Positions 7,183-16,500 of a stretch of 21,730 nt of DNA are shown here, one piece after another. Origin of the DNA: an uncultured Pseudomonadota bacterium. Lineage in GTDB: Bacteria > SAR324 > NAC60-12. Position 1 is the first letter of the stretch; the number at the start of each line of letters is the position of its first letter. Below the pieces are notes generated by a model. It had not been told where the DNA came from. It worked only from the letters and a program-made list of their open reading frames with translations, and did no database searches. The stretch lies in NCBI GenBank assembly GCA_913020725.1, contig CAJWCD010000058.1, positions 1-21,730 of the forward strand. The letters run 5' to 3'. A program made the position numbers and the translations under genes.

Positions 7183-9273
7183 TCAGGAGTCGGTTTGTTT
7201 TCGGAAAAGCACGAGGTTGCTCTTTTGATCAACCTCCGCCACAAACGCAGCAGAAACGATGGTCGCGGTGTCGGTTTCGACAATCACAGCGGGTCCGGAA
7301 ATCCGCTGGCCCAGAATCAACGAGTCCCGCTGAAACACCGGAGCCGTCACAAATTGCTCTGCTTCCGGATCGAACCACTGCCGCACCCCTTCCGGAGCCG
7401 GAGTTTCAGGCGGGGTCCCTGTTGTTTCCAAACTTTCTACCTCTGCTGGTTTTGCTTCGTAAATCCGCAGGGACCAGCTCAGGATTTCCAGTTCCACGTT
7501 CGGAATCGTGCGTCCGTACTGCACTTTGTAAGCGTTCTCAAACTCGTTGTGGAGCACGGTCAAATCTTCAGAGGCCAGTGATTTTTCCGGCACCGGGACT
7601 GCGATTTCGTGCCCCTGCCCAAGGTAGCGCATGTAGGCAAGGCGTTCCTCGTGGAGTTGGCCATCCGGAGCGCATTGCTGCACAACCTCGCGAGCGACAG
7701 ACTGCATTTCCGCAAACATCTGATTGACCGCCTCAAGGTCAAGGGCGTTCCAGCGTTGGTAAAAACTGCGGGCGATTTCGTAAGCAGCAGGCGCTCGCAG
7801 GAAACCGACCGCAGAGCCAACTCCGGCGCTGACCGGAACCAGCACCCGCTCGATGCCGAGTTTGTCTGCAAGTCGGGTAGCGTGCAGAGGTGCGGCTCCT
7901 CCAAAAGCGATCAGGGTGCGGTCGTCCAGACGTTTGCCGTTTTCAATCGCATGAACGCGAGCGGCGTTGGCCATGTTCTCGTCCACCACCTCGCTGATGC
8001 CGAACGCAGCCAGCGTGTCCGAAAGCTCAAGCGCGTTGCCGACGTGTTCAGCGAGCGCCACATTTGCTGCTTCCACATCCAGCGTGATGCGCCCTCCGGA
8101 GAACTGCTGAGCGTCGATGCGGCCCAAGTGCAGATCCGCATCGGTGACGGTGGGGTGCGCTCCACCGTTTCCGTAGCAGGCGGGGCCGGGAGCGGACCCC
8201 GCGCTTTCCGGCCCTACCGCAATGCGCTTGAGGTCATCCACATTTGCGATCGAACCGCCGCCCGCGCCGATTTCCACCATGTCAATCACCGGAATCCGCA
8301 AGGGTAAGCCGCTGCCCTTCTTGAAACGGTAAATACGGGCGACCTCAAAGTGCCGCCCACTCTGGGGCTGGCCGTCGTCGATCAGACAGAGCTTCGCAGT
8401 CGTGCCACCCATGTCGAAGGACACCACGCGATCCAAACCACAACGCCGCGCCAAGTCCGCCGCAAAAATCGCTCCGCCTGCGGGTCCGGACTCCACCAGT
8501 CGAATGGGAAAGCGCATGGCGGTGTCCAGCGTGGCCAAGCCTCCACCGGAGAGCATCATCAACAATGGACAGGTGATTCCGGAGGATTGAAGCCGCTGCT
8601 CCAAGCGCTGAAGGTAGGAGGCCATCAAGGGCTGGATGTAGGCGTTGGCGGCGGTTGTTGAGAAACGTTCGTACTCGCGCATCTCCGGAGAAACTTCCGA
8701 AGAGAGGCTGACCCGGAGGTCGGGCAGATGATCATGGAGCAGATCACGGATGCGACGCTCGTGCCGGGGATTCACGAAACTGTGCAGCAGGCCAATCGCG
8801 AGGCTTTCCAATTCCTCGCGCTGCAAATCCGGAATCAACGCCTCGACCGCTTGCTCATCGAGAGGAAGCAAGACCTCGCCACGGGCGTCCAAGCGTTCCG
8901 GAACTGGAAAACGCAAGTGACGCGGCACCAGCGGCTCAGGTTTTTTCAAGAAAAGGTCGTACTGCTCGAAGCGGCTTTCCGTGCCCATTTCGAGGGTGTC
9001 CCGGAAACCTTGCGTGGTGATCAGGGCAGTGCGAGCGCCCTTGCGTTCGATGAGAGCGTTGGTGGCGAGCGTGGTTCCATGGATCACCAAGCTCACATCG
9101 TTTGGCGTGTGGCCAGACAAATTCAACACCTCGCGGATGCCTGCCAGCACACCTGCCTCTGGTACATCCTGCTGCGTCAGCACCTTGACTGCGTACTGCT
9201 GTCCTTCCACCTCCAGCACCACATCGGTGAATGTGCCGCCAATGTCCGCGCCGATTCTTACTTTTCGATTCAT
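7183..9273 (-). CDS. hyuA: Hydantoinase A / 5-oxoprolinase family ATP-dependent subunit
   Basis: DIGGTFTD, HGTTLATNALIE, ESGPAGG, DMGGTT, IGAGGGSIA, GPESAGSAPGPACY and FGGAAPLHA motifs; 696 aa. Confidence 0.93.
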   Translation of the reverse strand: MNRKVRIGADIGGTFTDVVLEVEGQQYAVKVLTQQDVPEAGVLAGIREVLNLSGHTPNDVSLVIHGTTLATNALIERKGARTALITTQGFRDTLEMGTESRFEQYDLFLKKPEPLVPRHLRFPVPERLDARGEVLLPLDEQAVEALIPDLQREELESLAIGLLHSFVNPRHERRIRDLLHDHLPDLRVSLSSEVSPEMREYERFSTTAANAYIQPLMASYLQRLEQRLQSSGITCPLLMMLSGGGLATLDTAMRFPIRLVESGPAGGAIFAADLARRCGLDRVVSFDMGGTTAKLCLIDDGQPQSGRHFEVARIYRFKKGSGLPLRIPVIDMVEIGAGGGSIANVDDLKRIAVGPESAGSAPGPACYGNGGAHPTVTDADLHLGRIDAQQFSGGRITLDVEAANVALAEHVGNALELSDTLAAFGISEVVDENMANAARVHAIENGKRLDDRTLIAFGGAAPLHATRLADKLGIERVLVPVSAGVGSAVGFLRAPAAYEIARSFYQRWNALDLEAVNQMFAEMQSVAREVVQQCAPDGQLHEERLAYMRYLGQGHEIAVPVPEKSLASEDLTVLHNEFENAYKVQYGRTIPNVELEILSWSLRIYEAKPAEVESLETTGTPPETPAPEGVRQWFDPEAEQFVTAPVFQRDSLILGQRISGPAVIVETDTATIVSAAFVAEVDQKSNLVLFRKQTDS

Positions 9274-10001
9274 ATCCCCAAGAAAGCACTGCGGAAGAGG
9301 TCACTCTGCTGGAGTTCGGCACCCGTCCCTTCGGCGACGATGCGTCCGGTTTGCAGGACATAAGCCCGATCCGCGAGGTCGAGGGCTTCCCGGACGTTCT
9401 GCTCGACCAGCACAATGGTCATGCCCTGCTGCTTGAGCCGTCCCACCGTGTCCAGCACCTCATCCACGAGTTTCGGGGCCAATCCGAGCGAGGGTTCGTC
9501 GAGCATCAGCACCTTGGGATCAGACATCAAGCCACGTCCAATGGCAAGCATCTGCTGTTCGCCTCCGGAAAGGGTGGCTGCCGCCTGCTGCCGTCGTTCA
9601 TGCAGTTGCGGAAACAGTTCGTACATCACTTCCAAATTATGTTGAATGCGTGACTCATCACTCAAGATGTAGCCCCCCATCAAGATATTCTCCTCCACCG
9701 TCAGAGGGCTGAAGAGCATTTTCTCTTCCGGAACATAGACGATGCCCTTACGCACAATGGCTTCCGTGCGAAGATTATGAATCGCCTCTCCCTGAAAGCG
9801 GATCGCCCCCTCAAACACTGGTTGGGTGCCCATCACAGCCCGAAGCAGAGTCGATTTTCCAGCTCCGTTCGAACCAACGATGGCGACCGTCTCCCCCTCG
9901 TTGACTTGCGCGGATACGCCTTGCAGCACGGCGAGTCCGGAGTAGCGGACCTTGATGTTGTCAATTTCGAGCAGGGGCCTGGAATTTCGGATTTCAGTCA
10001 C
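9270..10001 (-). CDS. livF: Branched-chain amino acid-type ABC transporter ATP-binding protein
   Basis: Walker A GSNGAGKST, signature LSGGEQQM, LDEPSLGLAP and VEQN; 4-bp overlaps with both neighbours. Confidence 0.92.
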   Translation of the reverse strand: MTEIRNSRPLLEIDNIKVRYSGLAVLQGVSAQVNEGETVAIVGSNGAGKSTLLRAVMGTQPVFEGAIRFQGEAIHNLRTEAIVRKGIVYVPEEKMLFSPLTVEENILMGGYILSDESRIQHNLEVMYELFPQLHERRQQAAATLSGGEQQMLAIGRGLMSDPKVLMLDEPSLGLAPKLVDEVLDTVGRLKQQGMTIVLVEQNVREALDLADRAYVLQTGRIVAEGTGAELQQSDLFRSAFLGI

Positions 10002-10735
10002 AGATGCTCCTGAACATAGCGCTCGCCCAGATACGCCTTAATCACCTTGGGTTCCTTGACCACCTCCTGCGGGGTACCTTCAGCGATCTTGCGTCCGTAG
10101 TCAAGCACGATCACACGCTGGCTGATGTTCATCACCAGTTCCATGACATGCTCGATGAGCATGACGGTCACACCCAATTCCTGATGCACCTGCCGGATGT
10201 GCCCGAGCATTTCCTCGATCTCACTGGGGTTGAGTCCAGCAGCCACCTCGTCGAGCAGCAGCAGTTTGGGTTCGGTCGCCAGCGCAGTGGCCATGGTCAC
10301 CCGTTTTTGAGCGGCCACCGGAAGTTCGTTGACCAGCACCTTGGCGAGTTTGGTGAGGTTCAGCAAATCCAGCGCGGCCCCGGCTTTTTTGAGAGCGGCG
10401 TTACGGGAGGAAGTGCGCAGGTAACAGCCCACCATCACATTGTCCTCCACAGTGAGGTCTCCGGATGCGGCGTAAATCTGGAAGGTGCGGGCCATGCCGC
10501 GACGGGCGATCTCGTGGGCGGGGAGTTTCGTGATGTCCTCGCCGTTGAAGTGGATCGTTCCGGAGGTCACGGGGTAGTGCCCAGTGAGGCAGTTGAACAA
10601 CGTCGTCTTACCGGCACCGTTAGGACCGATCAACCCCAGCACTTCTCCGGAAGCCAGCACAAATGAAACCTCCTCGTTGGCTCGCAGTCCTCCGAAATCC
10701 TTGGTGAGGTTGTTGATTTCCAACAATGCCATCAC
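9998..10735 (-). CDS. livG: Branched-chain amino acid-type ABC transporter ATP-binding protein
   Basis: FGGL, GPNGAGKTT, ARTFQ, LLLDEVAAGLN, IEH and AYLG motifs. Confidence 0.92.
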   Translation of the reverse strand: MMALLEINNLTKDFGGLRANEEVSFVLASGEVLGLIGPNGAGKTTLFNCLTGHYPVTSGTIHFNGEDITKLPAHEIARRGMARTFQIYAASGDLTVEDNVMVGCYLRTSSRNAALKKAGAALDLLNLTKLAKVLVNELPVAAQKRVTMATALATEPKLLLLDEVAAGLNPSEIEEMLGHIRQVHQELGVTVMLIEHVMELVMNISQRVIVLDYGRKIAEGTPQEVVKEPKVIKAYLGERYVQEHL

Positions 10736-11739
10736 TTGCTCCTGCGCCTCCGGACCCGTTCGATCAGGCCCCAGATGCCTCGGGGTTCGGTTGCAGAGAT
10801 GAGCATGATGATGGAAGCGTAAATCACGAGGTCAATGCCCATCAATCCAGCAGTCGCGCCGAGCCAGTCCTTGAGGTAGCTCTTGAGCGGAATGAGGATG
10901 CCCGCCCCAATGATTGGTCCCCAGAGCGATCCTGCCCCGCCAAGCATCGCCATCAGCGCGATGAGGATCGAGAGGTCGAGGCTCATCGTGTCTTCCGGTT
11001 CGATGTTCTTGATGTAGCACGCATGGAAGGAACCCATGATGCTGACAAAGCCAGTGGCAATGGCGTAGGTCTTGACCTTCGCAAGGTGGACGTTGATGCC
11101 CAGCGAGCAGGCCACGGCCTCGTTGTCCTTGATGCAGCGCAATTGGTAGCCGAGTCGCGATTTCCGGAACCAGTTGATATAGAGGATGCCGAGGAAGAAG
11201 AAGCCGAGCAGGATGTAGTAGTAGTAAACATCCTCGCGGAAGAAGAGCCGCAGGAAATCCGGGGAGGTGTAGAGGATCGGGGAGATTTCCAGTCCGTATG
11301 AGGCGCCCACGAAATCCCAGACCTCAAAGAGGTCCTTGAGTACAAGCGAGGTGGCGATGGTCGCAATCGCGAAGTAGTGCCCCCGCAAGCGGAAAAGGGG
11401 GTAGCCGATGATGAACGACCAAGTCACCGCCAGCACCACGCCGATCGGCATGGAGACCCAAAAGGGGATGTCCCAGCGGATCAGCAACACGGCGGTGGTG
11501 TAGGCGCCGATGCCGACGTACTGCGCCTTACCGAGGTCCACCTGACCCCCGTAGCCGCCAATGGTGTTCCAGCCCATGCCGTAGAGTGAGAACATCAGGA
11601 ACTGGATCATCGTTGCCATCGCAAACGACGAGTGCGGGAAGAGCGGAAAGGAGAACAAACCCACTGCGACTGCTCCCACGATCATCAGGTCGCTGCGCGG
11701 AAAATCCGAGAAATTGACGGCGTTTTTTAGAGCTTCCAT
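10732..11739 (-). CDS. livM: Branched-chain amino acid-type ABC transporter permease
   Basis: WNTIGGYGGQVDLG, LRGHYFAIAT, GGAGSLWGPIIGA and PRGIWG motifs. ATG 11739 overlaps the livH end and is preferred over the track start at 11835. Confidence 0.9.
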   Translation of the reverse strand: MEALKNAVNFSDFPRSDLMIVGAVAVGLFSFPLFPHSSFAMATMIQFLMFSLYGMGWNTIGGYGGQVDLGKAQYVGIGAYTTAVLLIRWDIPFWVSMPIGVVLAVTWSFIIGYPLFRLRGHYFAIATIATSLVLKDLFEVWDFVGASYGLEISPILYTSPDFLRLFFREDVYYYYILLGFFFLGILYINWFRKSRLGYQLRCIKDNEAVACSLGINVHLAKVKTYAIATGFVSIMGSFHACYIKNIEPEDTMSLDLSILIALMAMLGGAGSLWGPIIGAGILIPLKSYLKDWLGATAGLMGIDLVIYASIIMLISATEPRGIWGLIERVRRRRSK

Positions 11740-12644
11740 CCGAACAACCCCCGTGGCCGCACGACCATGATCAAAAAGTAGGCGAGATAGACCCACATGT
11801 ACTTGAAGGACGTCATCGGCACATCGTACATCCACTCGACCTCAAACGTGTAGGTGACGAAATCCCAGAAGCCCGGAAGCTCTGTGATCAGTCCGACCAC
11901 CAAACCCGCAAAGAAGGCTCCGGGAACGCTGCCGAAACCACCGAGTGCGACAATTGCAAAAGCCATCATCGTGAAGAGCAGTCCGGTGAAGGGCGTGACC
12001 GACCAGAAATTGACGAGGATCGCACCGGCGACCATGACGGATCCTCCACCGATGCCCCAGGCGAGCGCGTTCATCTTTTCGGTGGGAATGCCCATGTAGC
12101 GCGCACCCTGTGCGTTGAGGGAGGTCGCCTTGAGTGCCTTGCCAAGTCGGGTGCGGTTGATGAGCAGCCAGACTCCAACGAAGGCCAGCACCGAAAACCC
12201 CGCCGCCGCCAACTTGGTCGCCGGAATGATCACGCCCATGCCGAGGTCGAAACTACGTCCCACCAGCACTCCCGACATCACCGCCCGGTCCTCTGGACCG
12301 AAGATCAACAGGGCGAGGTTACGCAGCAGCAGCATGAGTCCAAAGGTGCCCAGCAACTGCGCGATCATCGGCCCGCGTAGCAGGAACCGGATAAACCCGG
12401 AATAGCAGACCACCCCCAGCACAAAGCCGACGAAGGCTGCCACCGGAAGCATGAGCACGGGGTCCAAACCTGTGGCTTCGGCAGAGATCAGTCCAGTGTA
12501 CATGCCAAGCATGAGGAATTCCCCGTGCGCGAAGTTGACGATGTCCATCACCCCGAAGATGATCGTCAACCCTAGCGCCACCAAGGCGAGCACCGAACCG
12601 AAGAGCAGACCCGCGACCAAGGAACTCAGGAGGATGTCCAGCAT
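11727..12644 (-). CDS. livH: Branched-chain amino acid-type ABC transporter permease
   Basis: ALGLTIIFGVMDIVNFAHGEF, TRLGKALKA, LGGFGSVPGA and RPRGLFG motifs. Confidence 0.92.
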   Translation of the reverse strand: MLDILLSSLVAGLLFGSVLALVALGLTIIFGVMDIVNFAHGEFLMLGMYTGLISAEATGLDPVLMLPVAAFVGFVLGVVCYSGFIRFLLRGPMIAQLLGTFGLMLLLRNLALLIFGPEDRAVMSGVLVGRSFDLGMGVIIPATKLAAAGFSVLAFVGVWLLINRTRLGKALKATSLNAQGARYMGIPTEKMNALAWGIGGGSVMVAGAILVNFWSVTPFTGLLFTMMAFAIVALGGFGSVPGAFFAGLVVGLITELPGFWDFVTYTFEVEWMYDVPMTSFKYMWVYLAYFLIMVVRPRGLFGWKL

Positions 12645-12645
12645 C

Positions 12646-14109
12646 TCAGCTCACCCAGCCCCGTTCGAGGTAGCAAGTGCTGCCCACGCAGGAGAGCGAA
12701 AGCTGAGCCGAATACCCTGAAACCCCCTCAGTGCTAAAGGTGGTTTGGGTGACTTCTGGAGTTGAATGTCCAGTGTTGTCCTGCAAAACCTCGTACAACA
12801 CACGTCCCTGCACATGCTTGGGAATCTCGATGCCGAGAATCTGGAGGATGGTCGGCAAGAGGTCAATGATTCCCGTTGGAGTTTCTGAGAAATGCTGCGA
12901 CCGGAAGGCATTTCCGGACGCAGCCAGCCAACTGCTCAGTTCATAAGGATGCAACCCGCCGTGCAACCCGCCCCCGGCCGGATAGCTGGTTGAGTCATGT
13001 CGGCAGGTTCCAGGGATGCCATGTTCATTGGGCGCGTCATCGCTTCGCAGCGCAAGGCCAATGTCCGGGGCGCGCGAGTGGTCCAACTTCACTTGGGCAT
13101 GGGTGAGAGAATCCGTGCCACCACGGGTGAACACGGGTCCGCACCACGATTGCTGCTGGAGCCATTGCACGATGGATTTGATTAAATCCGGATCGGAATC
13201 ACGCACATAGATGCCGCCCGCGCTGTCCAGCACCAACGCGGCATCCACACCGTCCCCAACGGTTTCCCCCACGGTGAAGCCCGCAGTTTGCAACCCCGCA
13301 GCGAGGCCCACTGCTTCGTCAGCAATTGTGAGCTGTCCGTGGTCCGACATCGTGATGATCTGCAAATGTTCGCCCACTGCGGAGCTTTCACGCCACTGGA
13401 GAATCCGGCCAAACTGGGCATCCGCGTGACGGAGGGCGCTCAGGTTCTGTTCACTGCCGAGTCCGCAGTAGTGATAGCTGTTGTCCGGCTCGCAAAACCA
13501 GAGGATGCACACCTCCGGCATCCATTCCGGTTCGATGTGCTGGAGGTAGGTGTTAGTGGCGTAAGTCAGCCAATCCAAGCTCGGTATCGTGGGGTCCGGA
13601 ATGGGTCCAAGCTGTTTGATGACTGCCTCAATCTGTGCCTTGGGAACAGACGCATCTGGACGGTGCAGGGCGAAGCGAAACCCGCCCAGCGACTCCGCCT
13701 TGTGATTGAGCATCCGTGCGCCTCCTGGAGTCCCGGAACTCAACGTGGCCAAGGTCATGCCCTGCTTTGCGAGCAGTTCCCCCAGCACAGGCACGTCCAC
13801 CAGCTTGCCCCCAAGTCGGCGATCTCCCTCCACCAACTGGGTTTCGTCTCCGGTGTTGAAGAGCCTCCCCGGCGAGGCCACAGGATCGAGAAACTTGTTG
13901 CCGACAATGCCGTGCCGCTCCGGATGACAGCCGGTCACCAGCGAGGCTTGGTTGACACGGGTTTCCGTTGGAAACACAGAACGCTGATGGGCACACCGCA
14001 CACCGCGCTGTGCAAACGAGGTCAGGTTGGGCATCAATTCTGGGGTCGCCATGTCCGGACGCAGGGCGTCAAAGCAGACAACCAGAACCCTTGGGGTGTG
14101 TTCCGTCAA
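12646..14109 (-). CDS. Alkaline phosphatase superfamily hydrolase (nucleotide pyrophosphatase/phosphodiesterase or phosphonoacetate-hydrolase-like)
   Basis: Metal and nucleophile motifs FDALRPD, FPTETRVNQASLVTG, EPDNSYH, SDHG and GLHG. TTG start, no signal peptide, ends 1 bp before livH. Confidence 0.88.
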   Translation of the reverse strand: MTEHTPRVLVVCFDALRPDMATPELMPNLTSFAQRGVRCAHQRSVFPTETRVNQASLVTGCHPERHGIVGNKFLDPVASPGRLFNTGDETQLVEGDRRLGGKLVDVPVLGELLAKQGMTLATLSSGTPGGARMLNHKAESLGGFRFALHRPDASVPKAQIEAVIKQLGPIPDPTIPSLDWLTYATNTYLQHIEPEWMPEVCILWFCEPDNSYHYCGLGSEQNLSALRHADAQFGRILQWRESSAVGEHLQIITMSDHGQLTIADEAVGLAAGLQTAGFTVGETVGDGVDAALVLDSAGGIYVRDSDPDLIKSIVQWLQQQSWCGPVFTRGGTDSLTHAQVKLDHSRAPDIGLALRSDDAPNEHGIPGTCRHDSTSYPAGGGLHGGLHPYELSSWLAASGNAFRSQHFSETPTGIIDLLPTILQILGIEIPKHVQGRVLYEVLQDNTGHSTPEVTQTTFSTEGVSGYSAQLSLSCVGSTCYLERGWVS

Positions 14110-14135
14110 AACCGATTTCTCAAAAGACTAGATGG

Positions 14136-14162
14136 CCCCTCTCCCCGCGAGGAGGAGAGGGG
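14136..14162. repeat. Intergenic REP-like stem-loop
   Basis: CCCCTCTCC-N9-GGAGAGGGG, a perfect 9-bp stem just after the stop codon of the solute-binding protein gene. Confidence 0.55.
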
Positions 14163-14170
14163 GTTCCCTC

Positions 14171-15466
14171 TCAAAACGAGGGCAGGGGGTAAATCATGTC
14201 CGCAGAAGCAAGGTCGAACGGATAGACGATTTCCAAGGCGATGGAACCGTCGCTCTGCTTCTGGTACTGTCCGACGAGTCCAGAACCCAGCGTGTTCTGC
14301 CCGATTTCCTCTCCAGTGGCGGCAAACTTGATGCCGGCCCACGGCACCACCAGTTCATCCCCGGAGATGTGGAGGCGTTTGGCAGCACTTTGAATGGCAG
14401 CAGGGCTGGTCGAACCTGCGCTTTCCAGCACATGCACCCACGTCTGCACTCCCGTGAACGCCCGTGCTGACGCACCGTTGAAATCCACTCCAGCCCGCTC
14501 GCGATACATTTTGTTCACGACACCAGCGATGGGCTTGATCTCCACCACCTTTGGCAGGAACACGGTCCGGGTCAGGACACCGATGGTCGCGCCTCCGAGA
14601 GCCTTCACAAACTCCGGCTTCTGAAATCCGGCGTTCTGCCCCCAGATCAGCTTGGCATAGACCTTCTGTGCCTTAAGGGTCTTCATCATCAGAATGGCAT
14701 CGGAGGTGTATGCTGCGAAAAGCATCGCATCCGGACGTGAGTTCTTGAGGGAACGCACTTCGCTGGAGAGGTCGGCGGACTTGGCGGAGTAGAGCATTGA
14801 CTTGCGCAGCTCCATCCCGTACTCACCGGCAAATCCCTTGATCAGGGCACAGACGTGAGAACCCCATTCTGTCTTCTCGCAAGCAGCGGAAATCTTGCCC
14901 AAGTCGCTCTTGGAAACAGCACCCACGCCGCGCACTTTGCCCTCGTGCAGACCCTTGATCAACTCGAAGAGGTCCTTGGTGAACCACTTGTCATGCGGGG
15001 TCGTGCGCCAGAACCACTTGAAGCCGCGCTTCGTGAGCGCAGGCGAAGTGGAGGTCCCGTTGATCATCGGCACGCCATACTGCTCGGCGACGGCACTGAT
15101 GGTTTTGGTCACGGAACTGTGGTACGACCCCATCAGGCCGTGCACCTTGTCATCAAGGATCAGTTTCTTGGCAAGGTCGGCCCCAAGGGTCGGGTTGGCC
15201 TCGTGGTCCTTGTAGATGAGCTTGATCCTCGCCCCACCCATGCTCTTGATGCCCTTGTTCTTGGCCATCGTCATCTCAAGGTCCATGACGTTGTTGGCGA
15301 TCTCGGCAGCCAGTTCTGTACCCGCCCGGATTTGGCGACCCACTGCCGCGAAGTTACCGCTTAGAGGATAGATCACCCCAATGCGAATCTCTTTTACAGC
15401 GAAAGCGTCCCACGGCAAAAAAGCCAGCAGAAGGGCAGAAGCCATTAGCAGTTTTCTCAGGTTCAT
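14171..15466 (-). CDS. ABC transporter substrate-binding protein (Leu/Ile/Val-binding family, type 1 periplasmic fold)
   Basis: RBS AAGGAG before ATG 15466; signal peptide MNLRKLLMASALLLAFLPWDAFA; IRIGVIYPLSG, GSYHSS and LTKRGFKWFWRT motifs. Confidence 0.92.
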   Translation of the reverse strand: MNLRKLLMASALLLAFLPWDAFAVKEIRIGVIYPLSGNFAAVGRQIRAGTELAAEIANNVMDLEMTMAKNKGIKSMGGARIKLIYKDHEANPTLGADLAKKLILDDKVHGLMGSYHSSVTKTISAVAEQYGVPMINGTSTSPALTKRGFKWFWRTTPHDKWFTKDLFELIKGLHEGKVRGVGAVSKSDLGKISAACEKTEWGSHVCALIKGFAGEYGMELRKSMLYSAKSADLSSEVRSLKNSRPDAMLFAAYTSDAILMMKTLKAQKVYAKLIWGQNAGFQKPEFVKALGGATIGVLTRTVFLPKVVEIKPIAGVVNKMYRERAGVDFNGASARAFTGVQTWVHVLESAGSTSPAAIQSAAKRLHISGDELVVPWAGIKFAATGEEIGQNTLGSGLVGQYQKQSDGSIALEIVYPFDLASADMIYPLPSF

Positions 15467-15613
15467 GATTGCTCCTTTGTGTGTGAATTGAAGGAATCCG
15501 GAGATGCCAAAATACCCCCCGGCGAGGAAAGCTCCATACTCTAACCCTCCAGACTTACCTGTCAAGCCCAACTTTTGGATTGAATTTCATCTCACAAACG
15601 AAATTCAAGATGA

Positions 15614-15655
15614 TTGACATCTGTTCCGGCAATTATCGTAATAATTGCCGGAACA
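15614..15655 (+). promoter_or_regulatory. TTGACA -35 box followed by a perfect 34-bp inverted repeat (putative operator)
   Basis: TTGACA at 15614-15619; TGTTCCGGCAATTAT-CGTA-ATAATTGCCGGAACA at 15622-15655 covers the position expected for the -10 box. Confidence 0.6.
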
Positions 15656-15671
15656 ACACACGATTATTCTC

Positions 15672-16303
15672 ATGACACGGATGTATATTCCCCCGGCTGC
15701 TGGACCTCAAGAAGGCGTTGTGGTCCAAGGCCCATTTTCTCTACGCTCCCCGACAGACGGAGGAATCCAGCATGATCCGGCATGAGTTGCCCGACTCGGT
15801 GGTTTACAATCTCTTGGACAGCCAAGTGTTTCTCGCGCTGAGCCAGCGACTGTCGCGGCTACGGAAGGAGTTGGTGGGCATCGAGCAAACCGTGCTCATT
15901 GACAAGATCGAAGCTCCCGCAACTCCTTGACGAGGTGCATCTGCTCATCGAAGAGCGCGGGTTGCGGTTTCTGCTGACGGGATCGGGCGCCCGGAAGCTG
16001 CGCCGGGGCGGTGTGAACCTGCTCGGAGGCCGGGCGCGCCTACTGGCCCTGCACCCGTTCGTTTGGAAGGAACTACCGGATTTCAGCCTCCTGCACGCCC
16101 TCAACTACGGGCTGCTGCCCCTCATCCATATTTTCCGACGAACCTGAGCAGGGCCTCGCGGCGTATGCCGGAATGTACTTGCAGGAAGAGGTGGCTGCCG
16201 AAGGGCTGGCCCGCAACATCCCGGCCTTGAGTCGCTTCCTTGAGGTCGCGGCGCTCTGCAACGGGACCCTGCTCAACTACGCCAACATTGCCAACGATGC
16301 GCA
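15672..16303 (+). pseudogene. AAA+ ATPase (AAA_14/DUF4143 type) pseudogene, frameshifted and 3'-truncated
   Basis: Pieces across frames read MYIP/RLLDL...FLYAPRQTEESS (decayed Walker A GPRQTGKS), VLIDKI/KLPQLLDEVH (decayed Walker B), LTGSGARKLRRGGVNLLGGRA and YLQEEVAAEGLARNIPALSRFLE...NYANIAND. Similarity stops at ~16303. Confidence 0.85.
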
Positions 16304-16500
16304 GAGGATTTCCTTGACTGCATGTGGGCAGGAAAATTCACAGACTAAGAGTACAGGTCGGCTGGAAAAACTCTGAAAGCGACGTTTGATGATGGAAGCG
16401 GACGGTCACCTTTTGAACCCTTGCTGAGAATTACGTTTCTTTGTGCATAAGCTTCCCTTAGGCTGTGGCAGACTCAACTCACCCATACGGTGTCGTTTTC

